Source: Spirochaetia bacterium (GTDB lineage: Bacteria > Spirochaetota > Spirochaetia > UBA9216). From it: a stretch of DNA of 64,000 nt. The notes beneath the pieces were generated by a model. It was given only the letters and a program-made list of their open reading frames with translations, was not told the DNA's origin and made no database searches. Positions 38,534-47,215 of this stretch are shown here, in pieces. Position 1 is the stretch's first letter. Each line of letters begins with the position of its first letter. Made by a program: the position numbers and the translations under genes. Where the stretch lies: the NCBI GenBank assembly GCA_963677925.2, contig CAXXYH010000003.1, positions 640,001 through 704,000 of the forward strand, written 5' to 3'.

Positions 38534-39246
38534 TTTCCGGAAGCCAGTGACTCAATAAGATTTTTAAGCCTTCTAAGATCATCCCAGACAGCAGATCTCA
38601 GTTCCGGGTTTCTTAGTACGGCACTGGGGTGATAAGTTGGAATAACGGGAATATCGTTGTAATAAAATGTGTGATTTCTAAGACGCCCGATGCCGTCTTC
38701 ACTGCTGCATATTACCTGAGAGGCAAACCTTCCCAGAGTTACAATCGTCAGCGGTTTGAGCAAGGCCAGCTGACGATCGAGAAAATGCCTGCAGGCTCCT
38801 ATTTCATCCGGAAGAGGATCTCGGTTTCCGGGCGGACGGCATTTAATTATATTTCCGATAAAACAGTCTTTCTGTCTGTCCAGGCCTATAGCCGAAACCC
38901 ATTTATCAAGATACTGCCCGGCCTTCCCGACAAAGGGTCTGCCGCTGCGGTCTTCATCCGCGCCGGGGCCTTCACCTATAAACATAACAACAGGGTTCAC
39001 AGCACCCTCTCCCGGAACAACATTGGTCCTGGTAGATGCAAGCCGGCAGACCGTACATCCGCCTATTTCAGCGGATATGCTTTCCAGATTATCGTCTGAG
39101 CTTTCCCCTGCAGCTGGGTCTGTAAAAGAGGAAGCTGCCGGAGTTATGCTGTAGTTCTGCCGTTTCCCGGGAGTTTTCCATCCGTCGCGGATAAAATCTT
39201 CGGCAGTGTTTATCAAATCAATGTAATCAGAAAAAGTCTCGTTCAT
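38530..39246 (-). CDS. Uracil-DNA glycosylase family 4 (Fe-S)
   Basis: CTVCRL, GEGPG, PFVG, KCRPPGNR, HPSA. Start probably ATG 39246. Confidence 0.92.
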   Translation of the reverse strand: MNETFSDYIDLINTAEDFIRDGWKTPGKRQNYSITPAASSFTDPAAGESSDDNLESISAEIGGCTVCRLASTRTNVVPGEGAVNPVVMFIGEGPGADEDRSGRPFVGKAGQYLDKWVSAIGLDRQKDCFIGNIIKCRPPGNRDPLPDEIGACRHFLDRQLALLKPLTIVTLGRFASQVICSSEDGIGRLRNHTFYYNDIPVIPTYHPSAVLRNPELRSAVWDDLRRLKNLIESLASGK

Positions 39247-39982
39247 TATAAAGTACCCTGTCCAGAAATAGTCCTTTTGCAGGGGCTGTAGCCCCTGCAT
39301 TTTCACGGATTCCGCTGTCAAGAATCCTGCCCATCGCAGACGCATCTGCGCCATCGGATTCAAGCTGAACAGCAGTTCCTACAATGCTTCTAACCATCCG
39401 CCATAAAAAAGCGTTTCCCGCAATCTTAAACACGAGGAATTCATGCTGCGGATAGAAAACTGCACTGTAAAGCCGGCGAACCTTTGATTCACTCGGGTCT
39501 CCGGCTGCAGTAAAAGCAGTAAAATCGTGTACACCCGCAAGAGGGGCAGTCAGCCGGTTGAGCACTCTTATATCCGGCGTCTGGCGCAGCCGCCAGCAGT
39601 ATTTATCTTCATGGGGCAGGCTTCGGCCGCCTGTACGTATATAATAGCGGTAAATTCTAATTTTTGCATCAAACCTTGAATGAAATTCATCATCCGCTTC
39701 ACAGGACGAAAGAATAGTTACATCTCCGGGAAGAAGAGAATTAATCGCATCGGTAAACTTGTAATCGGGGATGTTCTCTTTTTCGGTGTAAAAATTCGCG
39801 ACCTGCCCGTTTGCATGCACTCCGGAATCAGTCCGGCCCGACCCCGTCAGCCGTACTGCTTTCCCATGAATAGTCTGTAGTGCTTTTTCAATCTCTTCCT
39901 GTACGGTACGGCCGTTCTTCTGCACCTGCCAGCCGTTAAAATCTGTACCGTCGTATGAGATTGTAAGCCTGATATTTCTCAT
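39227..39982 (-). CDS. truA: tRNA pseudouridine(38-40) synthase
   Basis: YDGTDFNGWQ, GRTDSGVHA, HDFTAF, FLWRMVR. Confidence 0.95.
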   Translation of the reverse strand: MRNIRLTISYDGTDFNGWQVQKNGRTVQEEIEKALQTIHGKAVRLTGSGRTDSGVHANGQVANFYTEKENIPDYKFTDAINSLLPGDVTILSSCEADDEFHSRFDAKIRIYRYYIRTGGRSLPHEDKYCWRLRQTPDIRVLNRLTAPLAGVHDFTAFTAAGDPSESKVRRLYSAVFYPQHEFLVFKIAGNAFLWRMVRSIVGTAVQLESDGADASAMGRILDSGIRENAGATAPAKGLFLDRVLYNERDFF

Positions 39983-39988
39983 TGCTAC

Positions 39989-40837
39989 TCAGCCTTCACT
40001 CATCTCTGAAGACATTTTTTCATAAAGGTCTTTTGCGTGTTCAAGAAGCGCTGAAGGCTTATCCTTGGAAGCCTTTCCCATTCCGAAAAGCCTGGCTACC
40101 GCCCTCTTTGCAAATTCAAGCCGTTTTTTTCTAATCTCAAAATCGTCTTTGCTTCCATACCGGTATTCAAGAAGTCCGCTCAGATAAAAGACTCCGTCAT
40201 GAGCATAATTTTTATCAAGATCGGGACCAAGATGCTGAACCTCTGCCAGGCTTTCAGTTGCATCCTGTTCATATTCAACGGCCAGACTGTAGAAAAACTG
40301 AGCCTTGTGATAGAAAATCTTTGAAAGATAATCATAGTTATCATTGGGATAGCGTCTATGCAGATCAGTAAAAATCCACGCTGCACGAAGAGCGGAGATA
40401 CCGCATTTCATTGTTGGAGAATGATCATGGGGAAAGTGCTCATAACAGGATATTGCAAGAAAGTAACTGGCAGCGCCCTCTTTCAGCCCGCGGTTATTTG
40501 TAAAATCAACATCAGGCAGGATCCTGTTCAGGCTGTTTTTACGTGTATCCGTCTCACTCTTTAGAATTTCTGCTGCAGATTCAGGTACATGATCAAAATC
40601 CTGCCCGTATGCGGCATACAGACACGACGGGCATACAGTAACCGGATAGTTAAGCGGACAGACATCTCCATATTTCTGGGAAGGCTCATAAAGCCGCCTC
40701 AGTTCATCGGTAAGTTCACCGGCAATAAGCCGGCCTCTTCCGGTCAGCAGTTCCTCTTTCTTAAAACTGCTTCCGCATACAGGGCATTCGACATCCTTCT
40801 TGGACCAGAACGTTATTTTACTCTCACCTTCTGCCAT
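39989..40837 (-). CDS. DUF2225 family Zn-ribbon protein
   Basis: CPVC...CPSCLYAA, LRAAW; position between acpS and truA. Confidence 0.75.
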   Translation of the reverse strand: MAEGESKITFWSKKDVECPVCGSSFKKEELLTGRGRLIAGELTDELRRLYEPSQKYGDVCPLNYPVTVCPSCLYAAYGQDFDHVPESAAEILKSETDTRKNSLNRILPDVDFTNNRGLKEGAASYFLAISCYEHFPHDHSPTMKCGISALRAAWIFTDLHRRYPNDNYDYLSKIFYHKAQFFYSLAVEYEQDATESLAEVQHLGPDLDKNYAHDGVFYLSGLLEYRYGSKDDFEIRKKRLEFAKRAVARLFGMGKASKDKPSALLEHAKDLYEKMSSEMSEG

Positions 40838-40838
40838 A

Positions 40839-41210
40839 TCAGCTCTCCAGAACTACAACAGCTACAGCGTTGTCTCTTTCGTGTGTCATTGATACGAAGA
40901 TATTTTGTGCACCGAACGCTTCAAGAGCCCGCTTTGCCGTGTCATGTACTTTTATATCAGGTTTGCCGTTGTGGTTTGAAACCACCTGGATATCTTTTAA
41001 ATTGATTCCGGTAAGCCCGGTCCCCATTGCTTTACCAAGAGCTTCCTTGGCTGCAAATCTTGCAGCGAGAGAAACAGCACGTGATGATTTACGTGATTCT
41101 GCATCAGCAATTTCCTGTGGATGAAAAAATCTTTCAATCAGCCCCGGAATTGAATCCCAGTGCTCCAGACGCTCTACATGGACTATGTCTACACCTATTC
41201 CTCTAATCAC
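40839..41210 (-). CDS. acpS: Holo-ACP synthase
   Basis: GIGVDIV, ARFAAKEALGKA, GKP, SMTHE. Confidence 0.95.
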   Translation of the reverse strand: MIRGIGVDIVHVERLEHWDSIPGLIERFFHPQEIADAESRKSSRAVSLAARFAAKEALGKAMGTGLTGINLKDIQVVSNHNGKPDIKVHDTAKRALEAFGAQNIFVSMTHERDNAVAVVVLES

Positions 41211-42153
41211 CGGCTTCTTCCTTTTTCACTTCTATATTTATCACTTCAGGAGAATATTTCAGGACTGCAAGTCCCGGCGGAACAAGCGGCTGTATACTGA
41301 TATCAAACCGGCCTTCCTCTGTTATAGCGCTGCAGTCGGCTATCAGTGAAAAATCAGCTGTTGTAGTATCTTCCAGCTCAAGCTGCTTCCCCTGAACCTT
41401 TATCTGGCCCGAACCCTGCGCTCCAACTATGTACAGTTCCTGCGGCAGATCAAGATAGATAATTCCGATATTTTCAAAGGTTTTCAGAATGACGGTTTCC
41501 TTTACAATGCCCTGAAATCCCACAGTATCCCCGGACGGAAAGCTGAGGTACGGGTCGTTGACTTTAAGTTTTGCTCTGATGTAAAAATCCTGATTTTTAC
41601 CTTCAAGGCTTATATCCTCGGTCGGCACAAAATCAAGCTGCTCAATATGACTGCGGGGTCCTTCAATAATTATATCCTCATCACTTAGAAGATACTGATC
41701 AAGTTCCCAGCCTTTTTCCGGATATCCGCTCAGCTGCGGCTGTATCTTTACAGACCTTGATATTTTTCTCTCAAGCTCTACAGTAATCTCATCAGGGTCT
41801 ATACGTACTTCAAGCGGTTCAACCTTCTCGGCGCTGCCGGTCTTTTTAAACTTAAGAACCTCGCGGAACTGTCCTTCCGAATTATGTGCTGAAAAATCAG
41901 CATATATTTCTATATCATCCTCAAGAATCATGAAGACATTTTCTTCCGATCCGCGAAGTGTCACCTTGACCGTAGAAGGGACATTGCTGGCAACTGCATA
42001 GCCCTCGTTAATTATTAGATCGAGGGGGACAGTAATGAAGCGTTCCTCCAGACTGGATGCCCTGTAAAAAAGGAACAGCAGAACTGCCGCAAATAAAGAG
42101 AGTATCTTGGCGGGCCAGTTCCGTTCCACCATGCGGGTAAATTTATTATCCAA
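41203..42153 (-). CDS. cdaR: CdaR/YbbR-like diadenylate cyclase regulator
   Basis: NWPAKILSL TM followed by YbbR-like repeats (VKVTLRG, IEGP); directly after cdaA. Start probably TTG 42153. Confidence 0.8.
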   Translation of the reverse strand: MDNKFTRMVERNWPAKILSLFAAVLLFLFYRASSLEERFITVPLDLIINEGYAVASNVPSTVKVTLRGSEENVFMILEDDIEIYADFSAHNSEGQFREVLKFKKTGSAEKVEPLEVRIDPDEITVELERKISRSVKIQPQLSGYPEKGWELDQYLLSDEDIIIEGPRSHIEQLDFVPTEDISLEGKNQDFYIRAKLKVNDPYLSFPSGDTVGFQGIVKETVILKTFENIGIIYLDLPQELYIVGAQGSGQIKVQGKQLELEDTTTADFSLIADCSAITEEGRFDISIQPLVPPGLAVLKYSPEVINIEVKKEEAGD

Positions 42154-42946
42154 AATCAGCCCCCTCAGGTGCGGCAACCTCTTCGCGTGAATTGAGGAGG
42201 TATTTCAGCTTTCGTTTTACTTCATCAATTGAGAGATCATAAAAAAGGTTGGCATCATAGGCCAGCGATACAGCACCGGTTTCTTCAGAAACTATCAGTA
42301 CAACAGCATCTGTTTCTTCTGCAAGCCCAAGAGCCGCTCGATGTCTTGTTCCGAATGAGCGGCGTATATCTGTCTGCTCAGATAGTGGAAGAAAACAGCC
42401 TGCAGAACCGATTCTGCCGTTGTGAATTACCAGGGCACCGTCATGCAGAGGTGTATCAAAGCTGAATATCGTAAGAATAAGGCTTGAGGATAATTCGGCA
42501 TCAAGCTGGGTGCCGGTATCAACAATGTTCTTAAGCCCCATCTTTCTTGAAAAGACAATAAGCGCTCCCCTGCGCCTTCCTGCAAGAACATCAACAGCAT
42601 TCAGAACAGAATCGATCTGTCTGGGCTTTGCACCCGAAGAAGATTTAAACCAGTCACGCTGACCAATTTTGGTAAAAATACTCCTTAGCTCAGGCTGAAA
42701 CACCACAGCAAGCACTACAACCAGAAGCGTTGTAAGTGCGTTCATTATCCAAAGCAGAGTATCAAGCTGAAGAATAAACGCGGCTGAATAGATAACAACT
42801 ATCAGCATTGCGCCTTTAAGCAGCTGCAGGGCTCTGGTCTGGATCAGAATCTTGTACATCTGATAAATCAGAAATGAGAGAATTGCTATATCAAGTACAG
42901 GACGGATTATATCCTTGAAAACCCAGAACTGATTCAGTTTTTCCAT
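42146..42946 (-). CDS. cdaA: Diadenylate cyclase CdaA
   Basis: Three TMs, FQPELR, PLHDGA, GTRHRAALG, VSEETG. Confidence 0.95.
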   Translation of the reverse strand: MEKLNQFWVFKDIIRPVLDIAILSFLIYQMYKILIQTRALQLLKGAMLIVVIYSAAFILQLDTLLWIMNALTTLLVVVLAVVFQPELRSIFTKIGQRDWFKSSSGAKPRQIDSVLNAVDVLAGRRRGALIVFSRKMGLKNIVDTGTQLDAELSSSLILTIFSFDTPLHDGALVIHNGRIGSAGCFLPLSEQTDIRRSFGTRHRAALGLAEETDAVVLIVSEETGAVSLAYDANLFYDLSIDEVKRKLKYLLNSREEVAAPEGADFG

Positions 42947-42951
42947 CGGGT

Positions 42952-43785
42952 TCAGGCTCCTTCCACTGCTTTAATAATTTCAAGCATTGCTACAGTTTCG
43001 GGAACATCATGAACCCTGAGGATTGACGCACCGGCAAGTGCACTCAGCATATTGGCGGCAAGTGTTCCGGAAAGCCGATCTTCAACAACCGATCCGGTAA
43101 CCGCTCCGATAAATGATTTCCGGGAAAGTCCGATAAGAATCGGATACCCCGTATCTGTAAATCTTTTAATTTCTTTTAATATTTTCAGGTTATCATCAAG
43201 CCTTTTACCGAATCCTATGCCCGGATCGAGTATAATTCTGTTTTTGGATATTCCGTAGGCGCCTGCCCTTCTGATACAGACTTCAAGCTCGGTAAGAATC
43301 TCTTCAATCGTATCGTTATAATGGGGATTCTGCTGCATCGTTTCAGGAGTTCCCCGCATATGCATCAGAATCAGAGGGACATCACGCTCCGCAGCAAGAA
43401 AACCGAGTTCGGGGTCATCAGCCAGGGCTGAAATATCGTTGATTATATCCGCACCGGCATTAAGCGCAGCCTCGGCTGTAGCGGATTTTCTGGTATCGAT
43501 TGAAATTGGTATATCAGAAAAAGATCTGATTGCCTTAATAAGCGGGATGACCCGGCTGATTTCCTCATCCGCTGAAACATAGGCTGACCCCGGTCTGCTT
43601 GATTCACCGCCGATATCAATGATATCAGCACCTGCATGAATCATCTTCTCAGCGGAGGATCTGCCTTCCTCAGCCTCCACCCTGCTTCCGGGAAAAAAAG
43701 AATCGGGAGTTGTGTTAAGAATTCCCATTACAAAAGACTTTCTTTTTGTGGATATTGACCTTCCACCTGACAATTCAAGTTTCAT
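42952..43785 (-). CDS. folP: Dihydropteroate synthase
   Basis: MGILNTTPDSF, DIGGESSRPG, DPGIGFGK, SRKSFIG, RVHDV. Confidence 0.96.
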   Translation of the reverse strand: MKLELSGGRSISTKRKSFVMGILNTTPDSFFPGSRVEAEEGRSSAEKMIHAGADIIDIGGESSRPGSAYVSADEEISRVIPLIKAIRSFSDIPISIDTRKSATAEAALNAGADIINDISALADDPELGFLAAERDVPLILMHMRGTPETMQQNPHYNDTIEEILTELEVCIRRAGAYGISKNRIILDPGIGFGKRLDDNLKILKEIKRFTDTGYPILIGLSRKSFIGAVTGSVVEDRLSGTLAANMLSALAGASILRVHDVPETVAMLEIIKAVEGA

Positions 43786-43874
43786 CGGTTCATTATAGAT
43801 GAAATTATCCGGTCTAACAATAAAAGTAATTTCAAAATCTGGTTTTAATAATCAGCATCTGTTATTATTCAGAT

Positions 43875-44489
43875 ATGAACAAATTATTCCGCTTTTCATT
43901 AGTATTATTTTTAATTGTAGCTTTACCCGCTTTTCATGTATCAGCTTCAGGCCGGAAAGAAAAAGAAGAGCCTGCTGTACAGGAAGAAGATATAAACAAT
44001 GTGTTTGCCCCCGAAGTCGAGATGAATGAATCTGATGTCTCGCTTCCTTCCGACTGGGACTATCAGGTAGAGATAACGATGGAAGGCTCACGCAGTGAAG
44101 GCCGCATTGGGCATCTTTTTTTCATGGGAACCGAGATTGGTCCCTGGTTTGACTATATAATAATTAACGGCACGGGTCTTGAGTATATTCCGATGCAGAA
44201 TATCTGGGACCGAAGCGGCTACCGTAAGATAACAAGATACAGCTGCTACAGCATAGTCACCGATATGAGCCTGCAGCATAATTATGAAATTACTGCCGAA
44301 GAACTTGGTAAGGGCTGGTATGAGGCTCCTGCTGATGAAAAGCACAGCGGAACTCCCTCCGAATGGGTACGATGCAAAAGCGGCGAGCTTTATTTCTGGG
44401 CTGATCCTGCCCGCCTGAATGAAATTGCAGAAACCATGGGTATAGACAGGCTTGATGTTCCCCAGATGGTTCCGGTAAAAAATGACTGA
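43875..44489 (+). CDS. Exported hypothetical protein
   Basis: Signal peptide ending VSA-SGRKE; overlaps the start of the amidohydrolase gene by 8 nt. Confidence 0.65.
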   Translation: MNKLFRFSLVLFLIVALPAFHVSASGRKEKEEPAVQEEDINNVFAPEVEMNESDVSLPSDWDYQVEITMEGSRSEGRIGHLFFMGTEIGPWFDYIIINGTGLEYIPMQNIWDRSGYRKITRYSCYSIVTDMSLQHNYEITAEELGKGWYEAPADEKHSGTPSEWVRCKSGELYFWADPARLNEIAETMGIDRLDVPQMVPVKND

Positions 44490-46095
44490 TAGCAAACTGC
44501 TGCTTAAAAGCAGAAAAATTTTTACAGCAAACGGGGAAGCAGTATTCAGCGGTGCAGTCTCGATTGCGGATTCAGTTATTGAAAGAGTATTCAAATCACC
44601 CGCAGAACTTCCCAAAGAAGCAGAGGGGTACACCGTCGTAGACTGCGGAGAACGGCTTATTATGCCGGGATTCTGCGACAGCCATATTCACGGCTTTTTC
44701 GGGAGCCTGCAGTCAAGCTCTGTCTCACTCGGCGGATGCAGATCAGAAGAAGAAGCCGCTGCAAAAGCAGCTGAGTTCTACCGTGATGAGATAAACCGGG
44801 GATTCGATGACTGGCTTTTCGGTTTCGGATGGATGCATTTCACCTGGGATAAAAAAAACCTGCCCTCAAAGGAATCACTGGACAGATACTTCAAAAACAC
44901 ACCGGTATGCCTTTTTAATGACGAAATGCACAGCGTCTGGGTAAACTCGGAAGCTCTAAAACGCTGCGGAATAACAGCAGCCACACCGGATCCGTCCATC
45001 GGCAGAATTTTCCGTGATAATACTGGAAATCCTACAGGCTATCTGCTCGAACCCGAGGCTATGGATCTTGTTGTATCAAAGGCTTTGCGCTTTACTCCTG
45101 AGAGGCTGAGAGCGACAGCAGAAAACCTGCTTGCCGAAGCCGCCCGCTGCGGGGTTACATCAATGAGCGATATACAGATCCTCAATTCACTCAATCCCGC
45201 ACTTTACAGTGAACTGGAGAAAGACGGGAAGCTGACATGCAGAATGCATATGGTCTTTCCGATGGAGCAGCCGCTTGAAGATATTCTTGAGCAGAGGTCG
45301 GAATATGCATCTGACTATCTGCGTTTCAGCGGCGTAAAGGAGTTTCTTGACGGGACAGCCCCCATGCAGACCGGAGTTCTGGTCGAACCCTATAATGAAC
45401 CTGCCGGCTTCAATGCGCCCCTGCTTGTAGATATGGACCGGACCGTAAAAAGGGCAATCCGATTTGACAAAAACGGAATAAGAATACGCTTTCATGCCTG
45501 CGGTTCAGGCGCGGTAAGGGCAGCTCTCGATATATTTGAGGCGGTCCGGAATGCAAACGGATATAACGGCACCAGACACACTATTGAACATATTGAGGAT
45601 ATACATCCTGATGACATCCCCAGATTCAAAAAACTGAGTGTCACAGCATCCGTTCAGCCGGATCACCTGCTTGCCGAAGAATACTCCCTTCATCCTTTTC
45701 ATGAAATACTTGGTGAAGAACGCTGCCGATGGGCCTGGCCGTTTAAATCGCTGATAGAAAGCGGTGCAGAGGTCTCCTTCGGTACAGACTACCCTATATC
45801 TCCGCTAAACCCGATGATTGGAGTCTTCCGTGCTGTTACCAGGCTGCATGAAGACTATAAGCCTGAGGGCGGATGGATACCCGAAGAGAGGCTGACTGTT
45901 GAACAGTCTCTTTATCATTACACAGCAGCCTCATCAAGGCAGATGTACACCGAAGGCCTGACCGGCAAACTTATCCCCGGACTGGCTGCAGACATAACAG
46001 TCCTTGACGGGAATCCGTTTGAATGCAACCCGGTTGAGCTTAGAAATATTAAAACCTTCCTGACCTTCTCCGGCGGAAAAAGGGTATTTGGATAG
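44482..46095 (+). CDS. Amidohydrolase family 3 (YtcJ-like)
   Basis: PGFCDSHIH, KEFLDG, HACG, RHTIEH, FGTDYP, GKLIPGLAADI. Confidence 0.88.
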   Translation: MTDSKLLLKSRKIFTANGEAVFSGAVSIADSVIERVFKSPAELPKEAEGYTVVDCGERLIMPGFCDSHIHGFFGSLQSSSVSLGGCRSEEEAAAKAAEFYRDEINRGFDDWLFGFGWMHFTWDKKNLPSKESLDRYFKNTPVCLFNDEMHSVWVNSEALKRCGITAATPDPSIGRIFRDNTGNPTGYLLEPEAMDLVVSKALRFTPERLRATAENLLAEAARCGVTSMSDIQILNSLNPALYSELEKDGKLTCRMHMVFPMEQPLEDILEQRSEYASDYLRFSGVKEFLDGTAPMQTGVLVEPYNEPAGFNAPLLVDMDRTVKRAIRFDKNGIRIRFHACGSGAVRAALDIFEAVRNANGYNGTRHTIEHIEDIHPDDIPRFKKLSVTASVQPDHLLAEEYSLHPFHEILGEERCRWAWPFKSLIESGAEVSFGTDYPISPLNPMIGVFRAVTRLHEDYKPEGGWIPEERLTVEQSLYHYTAASSRQMYTEGLTGKLIPGLAADITVLDGNPFECNPVELRNIKTFLTFSGGKRVFG

Positions 46096-46097
46096 CT

Positions 46098-46754
46098 ATG
46101 AACGACGAAGCAGTAGATTTTCTTGATATAGAAAAGGCGATCAAGGCTGAACGATACAGGCAGCTGAATCCGCTGGCACAAAAAGGCCGGATAGTTTTTG
46201 CCGGCTCATCTCTTGCAGAACAGTTCCCGGTCGACGAACTGCTGAAAGCTGCAGGTTCTGATAAAACTGTCTATAACCGGGGCATAAGCGGCGATGTCAT
46301 TCAGGGACTGCTTGATAATATTGAAACACTTATTCTTGATCTGGCTCCGTCAAAGCTGTTCATCAATATAGGTTCAAATAACATCGGCAGTCCTGACTAC
46401 AGCCTGGATACACTGATGTATAAATACAAAGAGATTCTGAGCATAGTGCGTACCAGGCTTCCGGACTGTAAAATTCACATACTTTCCTACTATCCGGTAA
46501 ACCCCGACAAGGAATCCTTCATCCCGGCGGCAGAACGAATCGAAATGTTCAGGACCCGGTCGAATGAGGCTATCAGCCAGGCAAATACGGCTCTTCAGAC
46601 GCTTGCAGAAGATTTCAATGCAGAATATATCGATGTAAGCAGTGTTTTAATGGATGAAGAACGCCGGCTTAAGGCTGAATACACCGTTGAAGGTGTACAC
46701 CTATGGCCTGAAGCCTACAGGCTGGTCTTTGAAGTTCTTCTTCCCTGGTTTTAA
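46098..46754 (+). CDS. SGNH/GDSL hydrolase
   Basis: FAGSS, NRGISG, IGSNN, EGVHL. Confidence 0.85.
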   Translation: MNDEAVDFLDIEKAIKAERYRQLNPLAQKGRIVFAGSSLAEQFPVDELLKAAGSDKTVYNRGISGDVIQGLLDNIETLILDLAPSKLFINIGSNNIGSPDYSLDTLMYKYKEILSIVRTRLPDCKIHILSYYPVNPDKESFIPAAERIEMFRTRSNEAISQANTALQTLAEDFNAEYIDVSSVLMDEERRLKAEYTVEGVHLWPEAYRLVFEVLLPWF

Positions 46755-46767
46755 AAAAGACCGGCTG

Positions 46768-47085
46768 TTAATCAGCCGGAGACTTTACCACCATAATTCT
46801 TAAGCGTCCGGATGCATTATTTTCAACCTGCCTATCAACATCTGCCGGGCATTCAAGAAGCTGATCCGCCGACAGTTCAGCCGAACTCTCATCAGTAGCA
46901 ATAGTAGCTGTCCCTTCAAGGACAAAAAAGAAGGTTTTTACCTCAACCGAATGTTTTGGAATAACAGCTCCCGGCTCCATGGTAATTATATTTGCCTGGG
47001 CTTCAGGATGCTCATATATCCTTCGGCCTACCACACCGTCAGTTTCAAAAACAATCTTTCCATCTTCAGCATTTAAAATTTTCAT
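46768..47085 (-). CDS. Cupin domain protein
   Basis: PGAVIPKH...FFVLEG, CPADVDR; start ATG 47085 after GGGAG. Confidence 0.75.
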   Translation of the reverse strand: MKILNAEDGKIVFETDGVVGRRIYEHPEAQANIITMEPGAVIPKHSVEVKTFFFVLEGTATIATDESSAELSADQLLECPADVDRQVENNASGRLRIMVVKSPAD

Positions 47086-47159
47086 AAAGCTGTCTCCCAT
47101 CTCTCATCTGATTATAACCTGAAACAAGAGTACAGCCCGTAACAAATGTTACAAAAGAC

Positions 47160-47186
47160 AAAAAAAGGCCGACATCCCTGTCAGCC
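47160..47186 (-). terminator. Intrinsic terminator of the clostripain gene
   Basis: Minus strand GGCTGACA-GGGA-TGTCGGCC followed by a T run. Confidence 0.75.
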
Positions 47187-47215
47187 CCGTAAAATAGTAT
47201 GCAGTATGAAAAATA

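Noticed and set aside
44088-44633. 181-aa minus-strand ORF and the many other short antisense ORFs in the track
   Set aside because: They lie opposite well-supported genes and carry no motifs or RBSs.
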